In this document: one piece after another, positions 1 through 12,871 of the stretch
Position numbering within the stretch: the stretch's first letter is position 1
Layout of the letters: each line of letters opens with the position of its first letter
Origin: Chiloscyllium plagiosum
Lineage: Eukaryota
Assembly: GCF_004010195.1 (NCBI RefSeq)
Contig: NC_057718.1
Location: 105,168,300 to 105,232,299, forward strand
Direction of reading: 5' to 3'
DNA: 64,000 nt
Notes under the pieces: model-generated
What the model was told of the DNA's origin: nothing
Database searches by the model: none
The model's input: only the letters and a program-made list of their open reading frames with translations
Translations under genes and position numbers: made by a program

Positions 1-1331
1 TAGGTCTGGAGTTACATGTAAGTCAGACCAGGTGAGGGTGGCCAATTTCCTTCCCTGAAGGATGTTAGTGAACCAGATGGGTTTTTCTGACAATCAACAA
101 TAGTTTGATGGTCATCAAGTATCACTTTTCCCAGTCTTCCCTCATTTAGCCTGAGATGTTACAAATTCAGCCATCTAAATTTCTCTGCAATGTCATTAGT
201 AATTGATCTTTTTTTTTCTTGCAACCAGAAGAGAATGCCATGTTTAGTCAAATTTTAAGTGTTCAGTTATGTTTGAGGATTTTCAGTACAAGTGCTTCAT
301 CCTGCTGGGTTGGAATTGAGTAGGAATGTTGTGCGATTAATAGAATTGCTGTGACACAGTAATTTGGAGCTGCGTTGACAAACACATTGTGGAAATGTTG
401 GAAAATAGTCAAAAATGTCATCGTATGTTGTTATAATCATTGACTTCACGAAGCGGAAACAGTAGCAAAGATATAATTTAATGAACAATGTTCATGTGAA
501 GGAGGACATTTTAAAAGCTTTATGATCCTGCTCGACTTAGGTTTGTCACAGGCAGGCATTAATAATTTTGGAAGTCCGTAATTTTTAGGTTTTGAAAATA
601 AAATAACAGAAATTAAAGATACTTCATTGTGCATTATAAGAAAAAATGTTGTTGCAGTCATGGGGATTGTCCTGAGATTTGATTTAAGAGACATGGCCAG
701 CAATAGGTTTTATTTGCTGTGTAACCTGCTGTCTATCTAACTTGTAAGTGGTTGAAATAAACAGGGGATGTGAGTGTTCTTTTTCCAGCACTGCTAATCT
801 CTTCCTCCATTTCACTCCGTTAACTGATAATGCAGGGCTGGAGGAGGCTGTGTCTAGTGATTTATTTACCCAGCCACCAAATGAAATAAGCTATTTCTAA
901 TGAAATTTTGTAATTGCACAATATTTAAACTTGTGTTATCCAATAAGGAAGGGTGCAGCATGTGTTGGGGTGACCGTCCCCATACTCCTGACTGCACATT
1001 TGCCCTCTGCTCCCAGTGTCAGCAAATGAATATGTGGGCAATGACTAGAATAAAATGGTTTCAAATCAAGATGACGTTTCTTCGTACTTCAGTTTCAACT
1101 TGAGATTTTCCAAATTTCATCACGTATAAATTCTGGCTTTTTGTGTAGTCACATTCCAAATATTGAGCATTTCGCTATATTTTCTCTCATATCTTTTTTT
1201 TACTAACTACCTTTGCTGTTAATAAATTTAAGGTAAATTATGTGCTACCTGATTGTGAACTTTACAGAACAGCCTGTTCACAATAAGAAAAGGTTATGTT
1301 GCTTTGTAAATGTATTTATTCTCTCTTAAAG

Positions 1332-1439
1332 GAACGGTTGATTTCTTTGGTATTTGGGTTACTAAGACAAAGGAAGCTCGACTTTCTGGACATCTATCAT
1401 GAAGAGATGATTGCAGCTGCAAAGAACATAATTAAACAG
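1332..1439 (+). CDS. vps54: VPS54 internal coding exon (first visible in window)
   Basis: aAG acceptor at 1330-1331, GT donor at 1440. Translates ERLISLVFGLLRQRKLDFLDIYHEEMIAAAKNIIKQ, matching vertebrate VPS54 as recalled (ERLISLVFGLLKQRKLNFL...KNIIKQ). Phase 0/0. Confidence 0.95.
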
Positions 1440-1893
1440 GTACACTATGTTCCCATTAGTATCTTACTATTGTGGGATTTCTGGTATTTTAGATCAAGCT
1501 TTTAATGGAACATATAACTTTTACATCAGTTGATGTGTATCCAATTCATTGAAAGAAAGTCTTCCATAAGAAAGCAGAATAGGCAGTTTGATTTGCAGGT
1601 TTTCAAAATCAAAACTAAATTGAACAATTTTGTAGGAAATGATGATTAGACCATAATATAGAACATTACAGCGCAGTAGAGGCCCTTCGGCCCTCGATGT
1701 TGCGCCAACCTGTGAAACCAATCTGAAGCCCATCTAACCTACACTATTCCATTATCATCCATATATTTACTCAATGACCATTTAAATGCCCTTAAAGTTG
1801 ATGAGTCTGCTACTGTTGCAGGCACTGTGTTTTGCGCCCCTAATACTCTGAATGAAGAAACTACCTCTGACATCTGTCCTATATCTATCACCC

Positions 1894-2109
1894 AGAGAAA
1901 GTGAGGGCTGCAGATGCTGGAGATCAGAGCTGAAAATGTGTTGCTGGAAAAGCACAGCAGGTCAGGCAGCATCCAAGGAACAGGAGAATCGACGTTTCGG
2001 GCATAAGCCCTTCTTCAGGAATCCTGAAGGGCTTATACCCGAAACGTCGATTCTCCTGTTCCTTGGATGCTGCCTGACCTGCTGCACTTTTCCAGCAACA
2101 CATTTTCAG
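1894..2109. mobile_element. Palindromic PLE-derived element with two inverted hammerhead motifs
   Basis: Inverted arms centred near 2021 (cttcaggaAtcctgaag). TSD ctatatctatcaccc at 1879-1893 and 2110-2124. Hammerhead core on - strand at 1991-2018. Confidence 0.85.
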
Positions 2110-3391
2110 CTATATCTATCACCCCTCAATTTAAAGCTATGTCCCGTCGTGATAACCATCATCATCTGAGGAAAAAGGCTCTCACAGTCTACCCTATCTA
2201 ACCCTCTGATTATCTTATACGTCTCAATTAAGTACTCTCTCAACATTCTTCTCTCCAACGAAAACAGCCTCAAGCCCCTCAGCCTTTCCTCAAGACCTTC
2301 CCTCCATACCAGGCAACATCCTAATAACTCTCCTCTGCACCCTTTCCAAAGCTTCCATATCCTTCTTATAATGCGGTGACCAGAACTGTACACAGTACTC
2401 CAAGTGTGGCCCCTCCAGAGTTTTGTACAGCTGCAGCATGATTTCATAGTTCCAAAACTCAATCCCTGTACTCATAAAAGCTAACACACCGTATGCCTTC
2501 TTAACCACCCTGTCAACCTGGGTGACAACTTTCAGGGATCTATGTACATGGACACCGAGATACCTCTGCTCATCCACACTACCAAGAATCTTGCCATTAG
2601 CCCAGTATTCTGTATTCCTGTTGCTCCTTCCAAAGTGAATCACCTCACGCTTTTCCGCATTAAACTCCATTTGCCATCTCTCAGCCCAGCTCTGCAGCTT
2701 ACCTCTGTAACCTGCAACATCTTTCTGCATTGTCCACAACTCCACCGACCTTAGTGTCATTCGCAAATTTACTAACCCATCCTTCTACGCCCTCATCCAG
2801 GTCATTTATAAAAATGACAAACAACAGAGGCCCCAAAACAGATCCTTGCAGTACCCCACTACTAACTGAACTCCAGGATGAACATTTCCCATTAACCACC
2901 ACCCTCTGTCTTTCAGCTAGCCAATGTCTGATCCAAACCGCTAAATCATCCTCAATCCATGCCACAGTATTTTGTGCAATAGCCTACAGTGGGGAGCCTT
3001 ACCAAATGCCTTAATGAAATCTATATACATCACATCAACCGCTTTACCCTCATCCACCTATTTGATCACCTTCTCAAAGAACTTAATAAGATTTGTGAGG
3101 CATGACCCACCCTTCACAAAACCGTGTTGACTATCCCTCAACTTATTCCTTTTGAGATGATTATAAATCCTATCTCTTATAATCTTTTCCAACACTTTAC
3201 CCACAACCGAAGTAAGGCTCACTGGTCTATAATTACAGAGTTAGCTCTACCCCCCTTCTTGAACAAGGGAATAACATTTGCTAATCTCCAGTCTTCTGGC
3301 ACTATTCCGGTAGACAATGATGGCATAAAGATCAAAGCCAAAGGCTCGGCAGTTTCCTCCCTGGCTTTCCAGAGACTCCTAGGAGAATCCC

Positions 3392-3564
3392 ACAATCCAA
3401 AGCTGTGCAGGTTACCTGGATTGGCCCAAGTTAAATTGCCCATAGTGAAAGGTGCATGAGTAGGGGAATGGGTCTGGGTGGGTTACTCTTTGGAGGGTCG
3501 GTGTGGACTTGTTGGGTCGAAGGGCCTGTTTCCCCACTGTAGGGAATCTAATCTAATCTAAAAA
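3392..3564 (+). mobile_element. 5'-truncated HE1-type V-SINE
   Basis: 3' half gtggacttgttgggtcgaagggcctgtttcc...(aatct)n, as in the full copies. aatccca duplicated on both sides. Confidence 0.75.
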
Positions 3565-3590
3565 AATCCCATCTGGCCCAGGGGACTTGT

Positions 3591-4172
3591 ATAGGAGCAG
3601 AATTAGGGCATTTAGCCCATTGGTTCTGATCTGCTGATATGTTTCTCAGCTGCACTCCCCTGCCTTCTCCCTGTAACCTTTGATCTGCTTACTAATCAAG
3701 TACCTATCTACCTGTGTCTTAAGTACACTCAGTGACTTGGCCTCAACATCCTTTTGCAGTAATGAGTTCCACAGATTCACAAGCCTCAGGCTGAAGACTT
3801 TCTTCCCCATCTCAGTTCTAAAGGGTTATCCCTTCACTCAGGCTATGCCTTTGGGTCCTGCAAGTGGAAGTATCTTGATATCAGTTTGTCGATGCCTCTC
3901 GGTATTCTTGAAGTTCTGAACCCTCTCAAAGGCTCAGCACATTCTTTCTTCGATATGGGGTCCAAAACTGCTCTCAGTATTCAACATGCAGTTTGACCAG
4001 AGCCTTATACAACCTCAACAATACATCTCTGCTGTTGTATTCTAACCCTCTTGAAATGAATGCTAACATTTTATTTGTCTTCCTGACACAATGGGCTTCA
4101 AATGCCTTCTGAAAATGTAAATAAATCGCGTCAACTGCTTCTCCTTTGTCTAACGTGCTTGTTACCACTTCC
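3591..4172 (-). mobile_element. CR1 LINE fragment
   Basis: Minus ORF 3974..4174 (VDAIYLHFQKAF, MLAFISRGLEY) plus a CR1-type 3' tail. Confidence 0.8.
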
Positions 4173-4418
4173 ATTATTGGTGTATTTTAAGCCATTAAAT
4201 AAAATTTGTGCAATTTTACGCATCAATCTGGTTGATTTCTTCATGCCTGCACACTGACACGACTCGTAAAGCCAGGTTGAGTTTAGTGTGTACTGTCAAA
4301 GTGTGGGTCATGCGAAGCTGGTGGTAAGTGTGAAATGTACTTGCTGGGTATGCTGTGCTCAGCATGGCCACTGCACTTTGACAGCTGGGCAGCTTTATTT
4401 TGTAATAAAATAAAGAAC

Positions 4419-4630
4419 TATGGATGCTTGAAATCAGAAACAAAAACAGAAATTTCTGAAGAATCTCCAGTCTGGTAGCATCTGTGGAGAGAAAGCAGTG
4501 TTAATGTTTTGAATCCAGTGACTCCTTCAGAAGTTCTGAATAAGGGTCAGTGAAATCAAAACATTAACTCTGTTTCTGTCTGCACAGATGCTGCCAGACC
4601 TGCTGAGTTTCTCCTGCAATTTCAGCTTTT
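4419..4630. mobile_element. Old palindromic PLE-derived element
   Basis: Inverted arms around ttcagaAGttctgaa (about 4527-4541). The right arm has a degenerate ctgaataagggtc...caaaacattaactct motif followed by the cagatgctgccagacctgctgag tail. Confidence 0.65.
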
Positions 4631-6225
4631 ATGTTGTGGTTGCTTCTGTCTGCATGAAACCATATGCTTAGAGCTGGCCTGTCTAAAGCTCAGTTTAACC
4701 CAATATTAATTTACAATGCAAATACATAACTGTTCTCAGTTTTTACAACTTGAAGAACTGAAGTATTTTTTTCTGAATGTAGTATGTATGAGCAGATCTG
4801 ATGATGGGCAACGCCATTTTGTTCTGTTCTGGTGAGACCACAACCCCATGCCCATTCACACTACTCCAGCCCTTCACTGTCCAGACATGATGATGTGAGT
4901 TGAGGCATCTGCTCAGAGAGGTTAAGTCTCCTCTGCCTCCCCTAGTAGCTTTCTGTAGTTGGTTGTTGGGATATCCAGTTTAATTGCCATATAGGCTTTT
5001 TTTTCCTCTTGTTCTGTAATCTTTTTAGTTTAAACAGGAAGAAACTATACATTCAAAATTCTTATCTGCATCTGGCACAGTTCTGTTTCTTCAAATAAAC
5101 TGGGAAACATTGCTGCAAAGGGAACAACAAACTGGTATTTGTGGACAGGACCCTATCAGTGTTTTGAGCTTTTAACGGGCTCTGACCTCAACCTGCAGCT
5201 GCTGACCTTGCATCCTGTTGAGTTGCTTTTCAGCTGTGTCCAGTGAGGAGTGAACAAATATTGACAAGTTCTAACATTCTTCAGGTTCTACTAATCCAGT
5301 CCTTGGAGCTTGGACTGAAGATGTCCCTTTTTATTGAAATTATTGTGAACTTTGCTCCTCCCTGTCATTCTCAGGCAGCTACAGGCTAGCGTGATTTTCA
5401 ACCCCTTCAATTCTGTCTGCTTTTCTACATTGCTGGTGCTACATAAATGCAAGTTGTTAGTATTAGTCATGCTATAAATCAAAATCATGTGGTGCTTTGG
5501 GATGTTTCCAGGATTTTATGTATGATCCAACCAATGCATAATGTTGCTATCCACTGGCAACTGAAATGTCCACCATTTGGTTTCCAGCATTAAATCCAGT
5601 TCTGATGAACGGCCATCAAACTGATACATTTACTCTTCCTATCTCCAAGATTCTTCTTGACCTGCTGAATAATCCTAGCATGTTCTGTTTTACTTTGTAT
5701 TAAATCCATTTGGTTCACCTGAAGAAGTGTTTGGATGTTACCATGTTTGAACGAGCAGGGATCCAATCTTCCTTTCTCATGCATCAGGAATGCTTAGCAA
5801 GCTGTGATTTCATTTTCTTTCCCTTTGTTTTCATTTAGAATAACGTATGATCCATAGCTTTGAGCACCAAAAGGATGTTTCATTGATGTATCCACTATTT
5901 GGGATATTGTGTGAGGTTGTAAAATAAATCCATGTGTACCTACGGTTATTTTTGTTGAAAACGTTACAGAATATTTTACCTTTGCAGCATGTTTATGTAT
6001 CAACCATAAGCTAGGCCTGTAAAAGCAACAGTAAACTTCACTCTTTATTGAGTATTCAGACTATATTTTTATTTCTAAAAATCTAGTTGTGCTAAAACAT
6101 TCAGCCGTGATTGTTTTTCTATTAAAATGAGTGAGATGTGTCAATCATTTGTACCATCTTCTGTTGAGAATAGATACTACAGCAGAATGGTTTAAAGGAA
6201 TTCTCTGCACTGTGCCACTGAGTTT

Positions 6226-6553
6226 GTTTTTTTTATTCATTCACTGGATGTACATATTTCTGGCTAGGCCAGCATTTATTGCCCATCCCTAATTGCCCAG
6301 CGGGCAGTTAAGAGTCACCCACTTTGCTGTGTGTCTGGAATCACATTTAGGCCAAACCAGGTAAGGATGGCAGTTTCCTTCCCTAAAGGATGTTAGTGAA
6401 CCAGGTGGGTTTCTTCTGACAACCAACAGTGGTTTCATGGCCTTTGTGCTTTATTGAATTTAAATTCCACCATCTGCCCAGGCAGGATTTGAACTCAGAT
6501 CCCAGAACATTAGCTGAGTTTCTGGTGATAATACTACTATGCCGTTGCCTCCC
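6226..6553 (-). mobile_element. tRNA-derived SINE (second family)
   Basis: Reverse complement of the 19031-19372 copy (gggcaataaatgctggcc tail, ggttcaaatcc B-box). Confidence 0.75.
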
Positions 6554-6878
6554 TCTAGAAGTGGTGCTTTTGTATAAGTTTTACAGAATTCTGAGGCCAC
6601 CTACAGGTTATCGGCAAGGTCTCCATTCTCTCCAAGTTTAAAGTTTGTATGGAGATTATTTGCCCTGAAATTCAAATGGCTGTAATATAAAACTTGGCAT
6701 GATGTCAGGAATATGGAGAAAAGAACAATTCAAAGTTAATGTCGATATCTGATGTACAAACCTGATGGTTAATTTTTCTTTGGGTTGAAAATTTCCATTT
6801 CTTGTTCACTCTTTCCTCACTCCTCCCTCTTTTACCCGTCTGTTTATTTAGTTAAGGATTCTCTAGTGACAGGTTGGA

Positions 6879-7505
6879 ACATAAGACCATAAGACATAGG
6901 AGTGGAAGTAAGGTTATTCGGCCCATCGAGTCCACTCCGCCATTCAATCATGGCTGATGGGCATTTCAACTCCACTTACCCGCATTCTCCCTGTAGCCCT
7001 TAATTTCTTGTGACATCAAGAATTTATCAATCTCTGCCTTGAGGACATCTAGCATCCCAGCCTCCACTGTACTCTGCGGCAATGAATTCCACAGGCCCAC
7101 CACTCTCTGGCTGAAGAAATGTCTCCGCATTTCTGTCTGAATTTACCCCCTCTAATTCTAAGGCTGTGTCCACGGGTCCTACTCTCCTCGCCTAATGGAA
7201 ACAATTTTCTAGCGTCCACCCTTTCCAAGCCATGTATTATCTTGTAAGTTTCTATTAGATCTCCCCTTAATCTTCTAAACTCCAATGAATACAATCCCAG
7301 GTCTAACATACGAGCCGTTCCTCGTGCCAGTATGTCCTTCCTGAGGTGTGGGGACCAAAACTGGACACAATACTCCAAAGTCTCAGTAGCACAACGGTGC
7401 TTTTATATTCCAAACCTCTTGAGATAAATGACAGGATTGCATTCGCTTTCTTAATCACGGACTCAACCTGCATGTTTACCTTTAGAGAATCCTCGACTAG
7501 CACTC
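6879..7505 (-). mobile_element. CR1 LINE 3' fragment
   Basis: Minus [17 protein letters not shown]...[19 protein letters not shown]. Confidence 0.85.
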
Positions 7506-8055
7506 CCCGATTGAATTTTGCATTCAGTTTGAAGGCTAAGGAAGCTGGATCTGAAATGAGTGTCTTAAACTTAAGTAAAGACAATTGCCAAGGTATAAAG
7601 ACACAGTTTGTTACAATGGACCAGAAAAATGCATTAAAGAGTGAAACAGTGGTTAAGCAGTGACAGATGCTTCGGGAGATTTTCATAACTTTCAAAGAAG
7701 ATCTGTTTCGTTGAGGAAGAACTCTGAGAATGATGAACCACTTGTGGATAACTGAGGAAGATAAGTATGGGATCCAGTTGAAAGATAAAAGTACAGTTCT
7801 GTGAGGGTTAGTGGCAAGCCAGAAGATTGGGAAAACTTTCGAGACCAGCAGAAAAAATGTCAGAAAGATTAAACTTTGATATTAGAATATGAGAATGAAC
7901 AAGCAAATATTATAAAACTGAGAGAACTTGCATAAAGCACATTTTAATATGTGTTGGTACTTCTTAAAATGATTGGATGTGTTCTAAAGTTACATTTGGA
8001 AATATTTGACAACACTGGCTTTCTGCCTCTCACTTTTCTTTGGTTTGTTTTACAG

Positions 8056-8111
8056 TGTGTGGTTGAAACAATTGCACAAATGGAAGAAATTGACACAGAA
8101 GTTGTCCTGAA
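8056..8111 (+). CDS. vps54: VPS54 coding exon (56 nt)
   Basis: tttacAG acceptor, GTGAGT donor at 8112. CVVETIAQMEEIDTEVVL+AA, phase 0/2. Not in the ORF track; read directly. Confidence 0.93.
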
Positions 8112-8540
8112 GTGAGTCTATTTGCATTTTCTTTGTAAAAATACTATAAAATTAGTTTGCAGATAATGTGCAATAAATGTTTTAGTGCTTAAAGAATTTC
8201 CCATCTACATTTTAGAAAGTAGAAGCAGTTGTAAAAACAAAACCAAGTAAAGGCATCCCTTTTACAGTTTGCAAGTCATAATTTACTGTGATAAACTTAA
8301 CCAAGCACTTTTATTATAGCCTTGTGTAACAGTGTGAGTGGAAATAGCAAGGTGTTATTTGACTGATATAGCTCATCCTGTTGTAATAACTTGTAAACAC
8401 CCTATTGTAGCATTTCTAGCATTTGTTTCTGATGGGCATTCTGCAGTCAGCTATAGTAACTACTAGAATTGAAGCAATTACTCCAGGTGTGTGCCTCCAC
8501 AATCTGTTAGCTTAGGCGCTGCTGCTGCTCAAAAGGTCAG

Positions 8541-8713
8541 CAAGCTAAATGAAACCACTGCCATTTTCCCCACTGGCTTACCGACTTCACCGGCTTCAAG
8601 CTAAATGAAACCACTGCCATTTTCCCCACTGGCTTACTGACTTCACCGGCTTCAAGCTAAATGAAACCACTGCCGTTTTCCCCACTGGCTTACCGACTTC
8701 ACCGGCTCCAAGC
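8541..8713. repeat. 56-bp tandem repeat x3
   Basis: Unit caagctaaatgaaaccactgccattttccccactggcttaccgacttcaccggctt starts at 8541, 8597 and 8653, near-identical. Confidence 0.95.
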
Positions 8714-9171
8714 AGCCAAGTATGTTGCCCATGTTTCTCTGACCTCAATTAAGTTTAGAAGCGTAAGAGGCAATGTAATTGAAATACACAGGATGCCGAG
8801 GAGTCTTTACAGGATAGGGTGGAGAGGGTGTTTCCTCTTGTAGGAGAATCTAAAACGAGGGGTCCCTGTTTCAAAATGAAGAATTGCCCTTTTAAGACAG
8901 AGGTAAGGAGAATTGTTTTCTCTGAGTGATGAATCTTTGGGAGCAGCCTTTGAATGTTTTTAGGGCAGAGGTGGATAGATTCTTGATAAGAAGGTGAAAG
9001 GTTGTCTGGGTTTGTGAAATGGTCAGATCAACCTTAATTCTGCTGAATGGCTCAAGGGGCCGAATGGCCTACTGCTTGTCCTAATTCACTGTTCATACGT
9101 AATCTATGTCTGCACAAATGTACTTAAATAAAACAGCCAGTAATTTGTCTATTTCTATTTACTTTTTTAAG

Positions 9172-9268
9172 GCTTGCTGACCAAATGAGAATGCTCAATT
9201 TTCCTCAGTGGTTGGACCTTCTGAAAAACATCTTTGCAAGTTTTATTCACTTCCTGAAGCGGGTTAAG
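9172..9268 (+). CDS. vps54: VPS54 coding exon ending in a GC donor
   Basis: tttttaAG acceptor. G+LADQMRMLNFPQWLDLLKNIFASFIHFLKRVK, then AAG|GCAAGT. Phase 2/0 fits both neighbours. Confidence 0.93.
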
Positions 9269-9753
9269 GCAAGTCTTGACTACATTTAGGATTTAACAGA
9301 ACCCCAAATCTGTCCTTACAAATCATGCTCGGGGGCACAGTCGACAAAAGGGAAGTACCTTACTGGGGTTATCTATTTACAGAGTAGCACTAACCTTGGT
9401 GTTCTTTCTTCTACCCAATCCTACCACGTTTTGAGCTACTACTTGTTTGAATGTACAGTTTGGTAAGGCTCAACATGTGAAGAAGACTGTACTTAAATAG
9501 TAAATGTTTTTGTTTTAATGGATTCTTAATTGTTGTTGAAAATAGTAATTGGGTAAACTGATTAAAATTTGCAACCTTTGTAATTGCATATTTTATTCAT
9601 CTCAGAGCAGTTTTGGAACTTTATTTTCAAACTGTGAAAAATGAATACGTGCTCTACATTAACTTTGATCCAAATTAAGTAATTTGGAGGAACCCTTATA
9701 ACAATTGTTTGCATGATAATTTTTGTATGTTTGTCTCTAAAAACTTTGTACAG

Positions 9754-10097
9754 GGAACAGTGAGTACCATTCGCAATGTCGTCTTCCTGGTATTGGATAA
9801 GAGCCGGGAAAAATGCAGAGAACTAGAACTTGTAACTAGTCAAAAGACTCCTGTTTTGGGTCACACTTTGGATACAGAAGTGGCCTATTTGACTCATGAA
9901 GGCATGTTTATTAGTGATGCGTACAATGAGAGAGAACTGTCTTCACCTGGAGTAGAAACTGAATCACAGAGGACAGCTTACCAAAGTAGTGACCCATGTG
10001 GCAGTGATTCGACATCGGAAGCAGAGTGTGCAACTGATTCCTCCTCCAGTAAGGAGCAAACATCATCTTCAGCCACACCAGGAGGGCTAGACATCTT
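9754..10097 (+). CDS. vps54: VPS54 coding exon (344 nt, Ser/Thr/acidic low-complexity segment)
   Basis: gtacAG acceptor, GTAAGT donor at 10098. GTVSTIRNVVFLVLDK...LDTEVAYLTHEGMFISDA...TDSSSSKEQTSSSATPGGLDI+TT (ORF 9709..10101). Confidence 0.95.
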
Positions 10098-10314
10098 GTA
10101 AGTTCTATTGTTGTTGTCACTATTTCGAAAGAGTCATTGCATGCAACAGTTAACTTGACTTTCTCTCCCTTTAGTTTCTGCAGTTGGTATTTTAACGTGC
10201 TACATATGAAATTCCAAACAGAATAACTTACAAAATGTTACTGTGGAGGAGGAGGCCATTCAGACCATTGTACTTGTCCTAGCTCTTTGAAAACATTGTT
10301 GAATTAATCACACC

Positions 10315-10860
10315 CATAAGGTCATAGGACATAGGAGCAGAAATTAAGCCATTTGGCCCATCGAGTCTGCTCCACCATTCAATCGTGGCTAATACGCTTC
10401 TGAACCCTATTCTCCTGCTTTCTTCCCATTACCCTTGATCCCTTGACAATCAAGCATGTATCTATCTCAGTCTTAAATATGCTCAGTGACCTGGCCTCCA
10501 CAGCCTTCTGTGGCAGTGAATTCCACAGATTCCCCACTCTCTGGCTGAAGAAGTTTCTCCTTATCCCCATTCTCAAAGGTCTTCCGTTTACTCTAAGGCT
10601 GTGCCCTTGGGTCCCAGTCTCTCCTGCTGATGGAAACATCTTCCCAACATCCACTCTGTCCACGCTGTTTAGTATTCTGTAAATTTCAATTAGATCGCCC
10701 CCTCATCCTTCTAAACTTCATTGAGTATAGACCCAGAGTCCTCAAACTTTCCTCATATGTTAAGCCTTTCATTTCTGCGACCATTCATGTGAACCTCCTC
10801 TGGACCCACTCCAGGGCCAGTACATTTTTCCTGAGATATGGGGCCTAAAATTGCTCACAA
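10315..10860 (-). mobile_element. CR1 LINE 3' fragment
   Basis: Minus ORF DRVDVGKMFP...RRNFFSQRVGNLWNSLPQKAVEA. Confidence 0.85.
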
Positions 10861-11132
10861 TGCCCCCTCACTATTATCCCACAGCCCCACAAACATTCCA
10901 CTTCAAGTTGAATCAAATTTGTTCCTGTATTAGAAATAGTTTTTAATGGCAACTGTGTGAAAACTATATTAATTTACCAAAATCGGCCTGATTTTGAGCT
11001 TTATAGACCCTTGCTGAGGGCACACTTCAACTTTTTCTGAATTTGTTTCAAAGTCACCAGCAGTTGCAGTATTTTGCTTTGAGTTCTGTCATATAATTGA
11101 ATTGTATTCTTCCACTGCTCAGCCTGCTGAGA

Positions 11133-12226
11133 AGTAGCAGATGGAGTTTAATTTAGATAAATGCGAGGTGCTGCATTTCGGCAAAGCAAGTCAGGGCAGA
11201 ACTTAAACACTTAATGGTAAGGTCCTAGGGTGTGTTGTTGAACAAAGAGACTTTGGAATGCAAGTTCATAGTTCCTTGAAAATAGAGTCACAGGTAGATA
11301 GGATAGTGAAGGCGGCGTTTGGTATGCTTTCCTTTATTGGTCAGAGCATTGAGTACAGGAGTTGGGAGGTCATGTGCTTTTGCCCAAAAACGTCGATTTT
11401 CCTGTTTCTCGGATACTGCCTGACCTGCTGTGCTTTTCCAGCACCACTCTAATCTAGACTCTGGTTTCCAGCATCTGTAGTCCTTGTTTTTACCTAGGTC
11501 ATGTTGTGGCTGTGCAGACTGTTGGTTAGGCCACTGTTGGAATATTGCGTGCAATTCTGGTCTCCTTCCTATTGGAAGGATGTTGTGAAACTTGAAAAGG
11601 TTCAGAAAAGATTTACAAGGATGTTGCCAGGGTTGGAAGGTTTGAGCTACAGGGAGAGGCTGAACAGGCTGGGGCTGTTTTCCCTGGAGCGTCGGAGGCT
11701 GAGGGGTGACCTTATAGAGGTTTATAAAATCATGAGGGGCATGGATAGCATAAAGGTCTTTTCCTGGGGTGGGGTTATCCAAAACTAGAGAGTATAGGTT
11801 TAAGGTGAAAGGGTAAGGATTTAAAAAGAACCTAAGGGGAATATTTTTCACGCAGTGGGTGGTGTATGCACGGAATGACCTGCCAGAGGAAGTGGTGGAG
11901 ACAAAAAAAAAACTGCAGATGCTGGAATCCAAAGTAAACAAGCAGGAAGCTGGAGGGAACAGCCAGTCACGCAGCGTCAGAAGGTGGAGTCGTCAACATT
12001 TCAGGTGTCACCCTTCTTCCTGCTTGTCTACAGAGGAGGTGGTGGAGACTGGTACAATTACAACATTTAAAAGGCATGTGGATGGGTATAAGTATAGGAA
12101 AGGTTTAGAGGGATATGGGCCAAAGGCTGGGTAAATGGGACTACATTAATTTAGGATATCTGGTTGGCATGGACAAGTTGGACCGAAGGGTCTGATTCTG
12201 TGCTGTACATGTCTGACTCTATGACT
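11133..12226 (+). mobile_element. CR1 LINE 3' fragment with two nested PLE-tail insertions
   Basis: [15 protein letters not shown]...[19 protein letters not shown]. Insertions at 11376-11495 and 11903-12030. Confidence 0.88.
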
Positions 12227-12871
12227 TCGACCTTGCCGTATATCAACTATTTAAAAATACAGACAGGAGATAAATTAAACAAGTGGGATTTACTATTAAC
12301 AGCTTTTCCATGGCCAATACATGCGGTCACTCAGCTGAACAGCTTGGGTAAGGTGTATAGATTTCCCAGCATATGAGAACTGGCTATAGGGCTTCTCAAG
12401 CTGGCTGTGCCATCCAGTCAATCAGCCAAGGAGATGTGTGACCAATAACAATACGTCAGATACCCAGGCAGCTTATCTTACTTTTTTTAAGAGAATCTGG
12501 ATTGTAAATGTATGCTACCAAAAGGAATATTTTAAATAGGAATGGTAATGTAGTTAGAAGAGTTTATGGATTACTGCAGCTTGACTGTAGCACGATTGAG
12601 GGAACACACTCGAGGTCCATTGTTATAATTTGCCCTGCCAACCTCCTTCATATTTAGCAGTGACCTGTGCTGTTGGTATATCATTTTAGAATCCCTGCTT
12701 GTTTATCATGCCTTCGCTTTAATAGCATGCATGTCCTAATGGTTAATTTTAATATATTTAAAAACAATGCTCAATTTTAACTTCATAAAATCTTATCTTT
12801 TGTTTTAACCAAAATGATTCTGCAGAACAGAGTTTCTCCATAGAGGCAATAGTGTAGAGACTTGATTTTTG

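Larger units (their letters stand above)
1660..3590 (-). mobile_element. CR1/HER1-type LINE, 5'-truncated, interrupted by later insertions
   Basis: Minus ORFs with CR1 RT motifs ([47 protein letters not shown]) and frameshifts. 3' tail near 1660. Confidence 0.9.

Noticed and set aside
8541..8713. CRISPR-like appearance of regular repeats (also 30371-30710)
   Set aside because: The units are contiguous with no unique spacers, there are no cas genes, and the context is a vertebrate intron.
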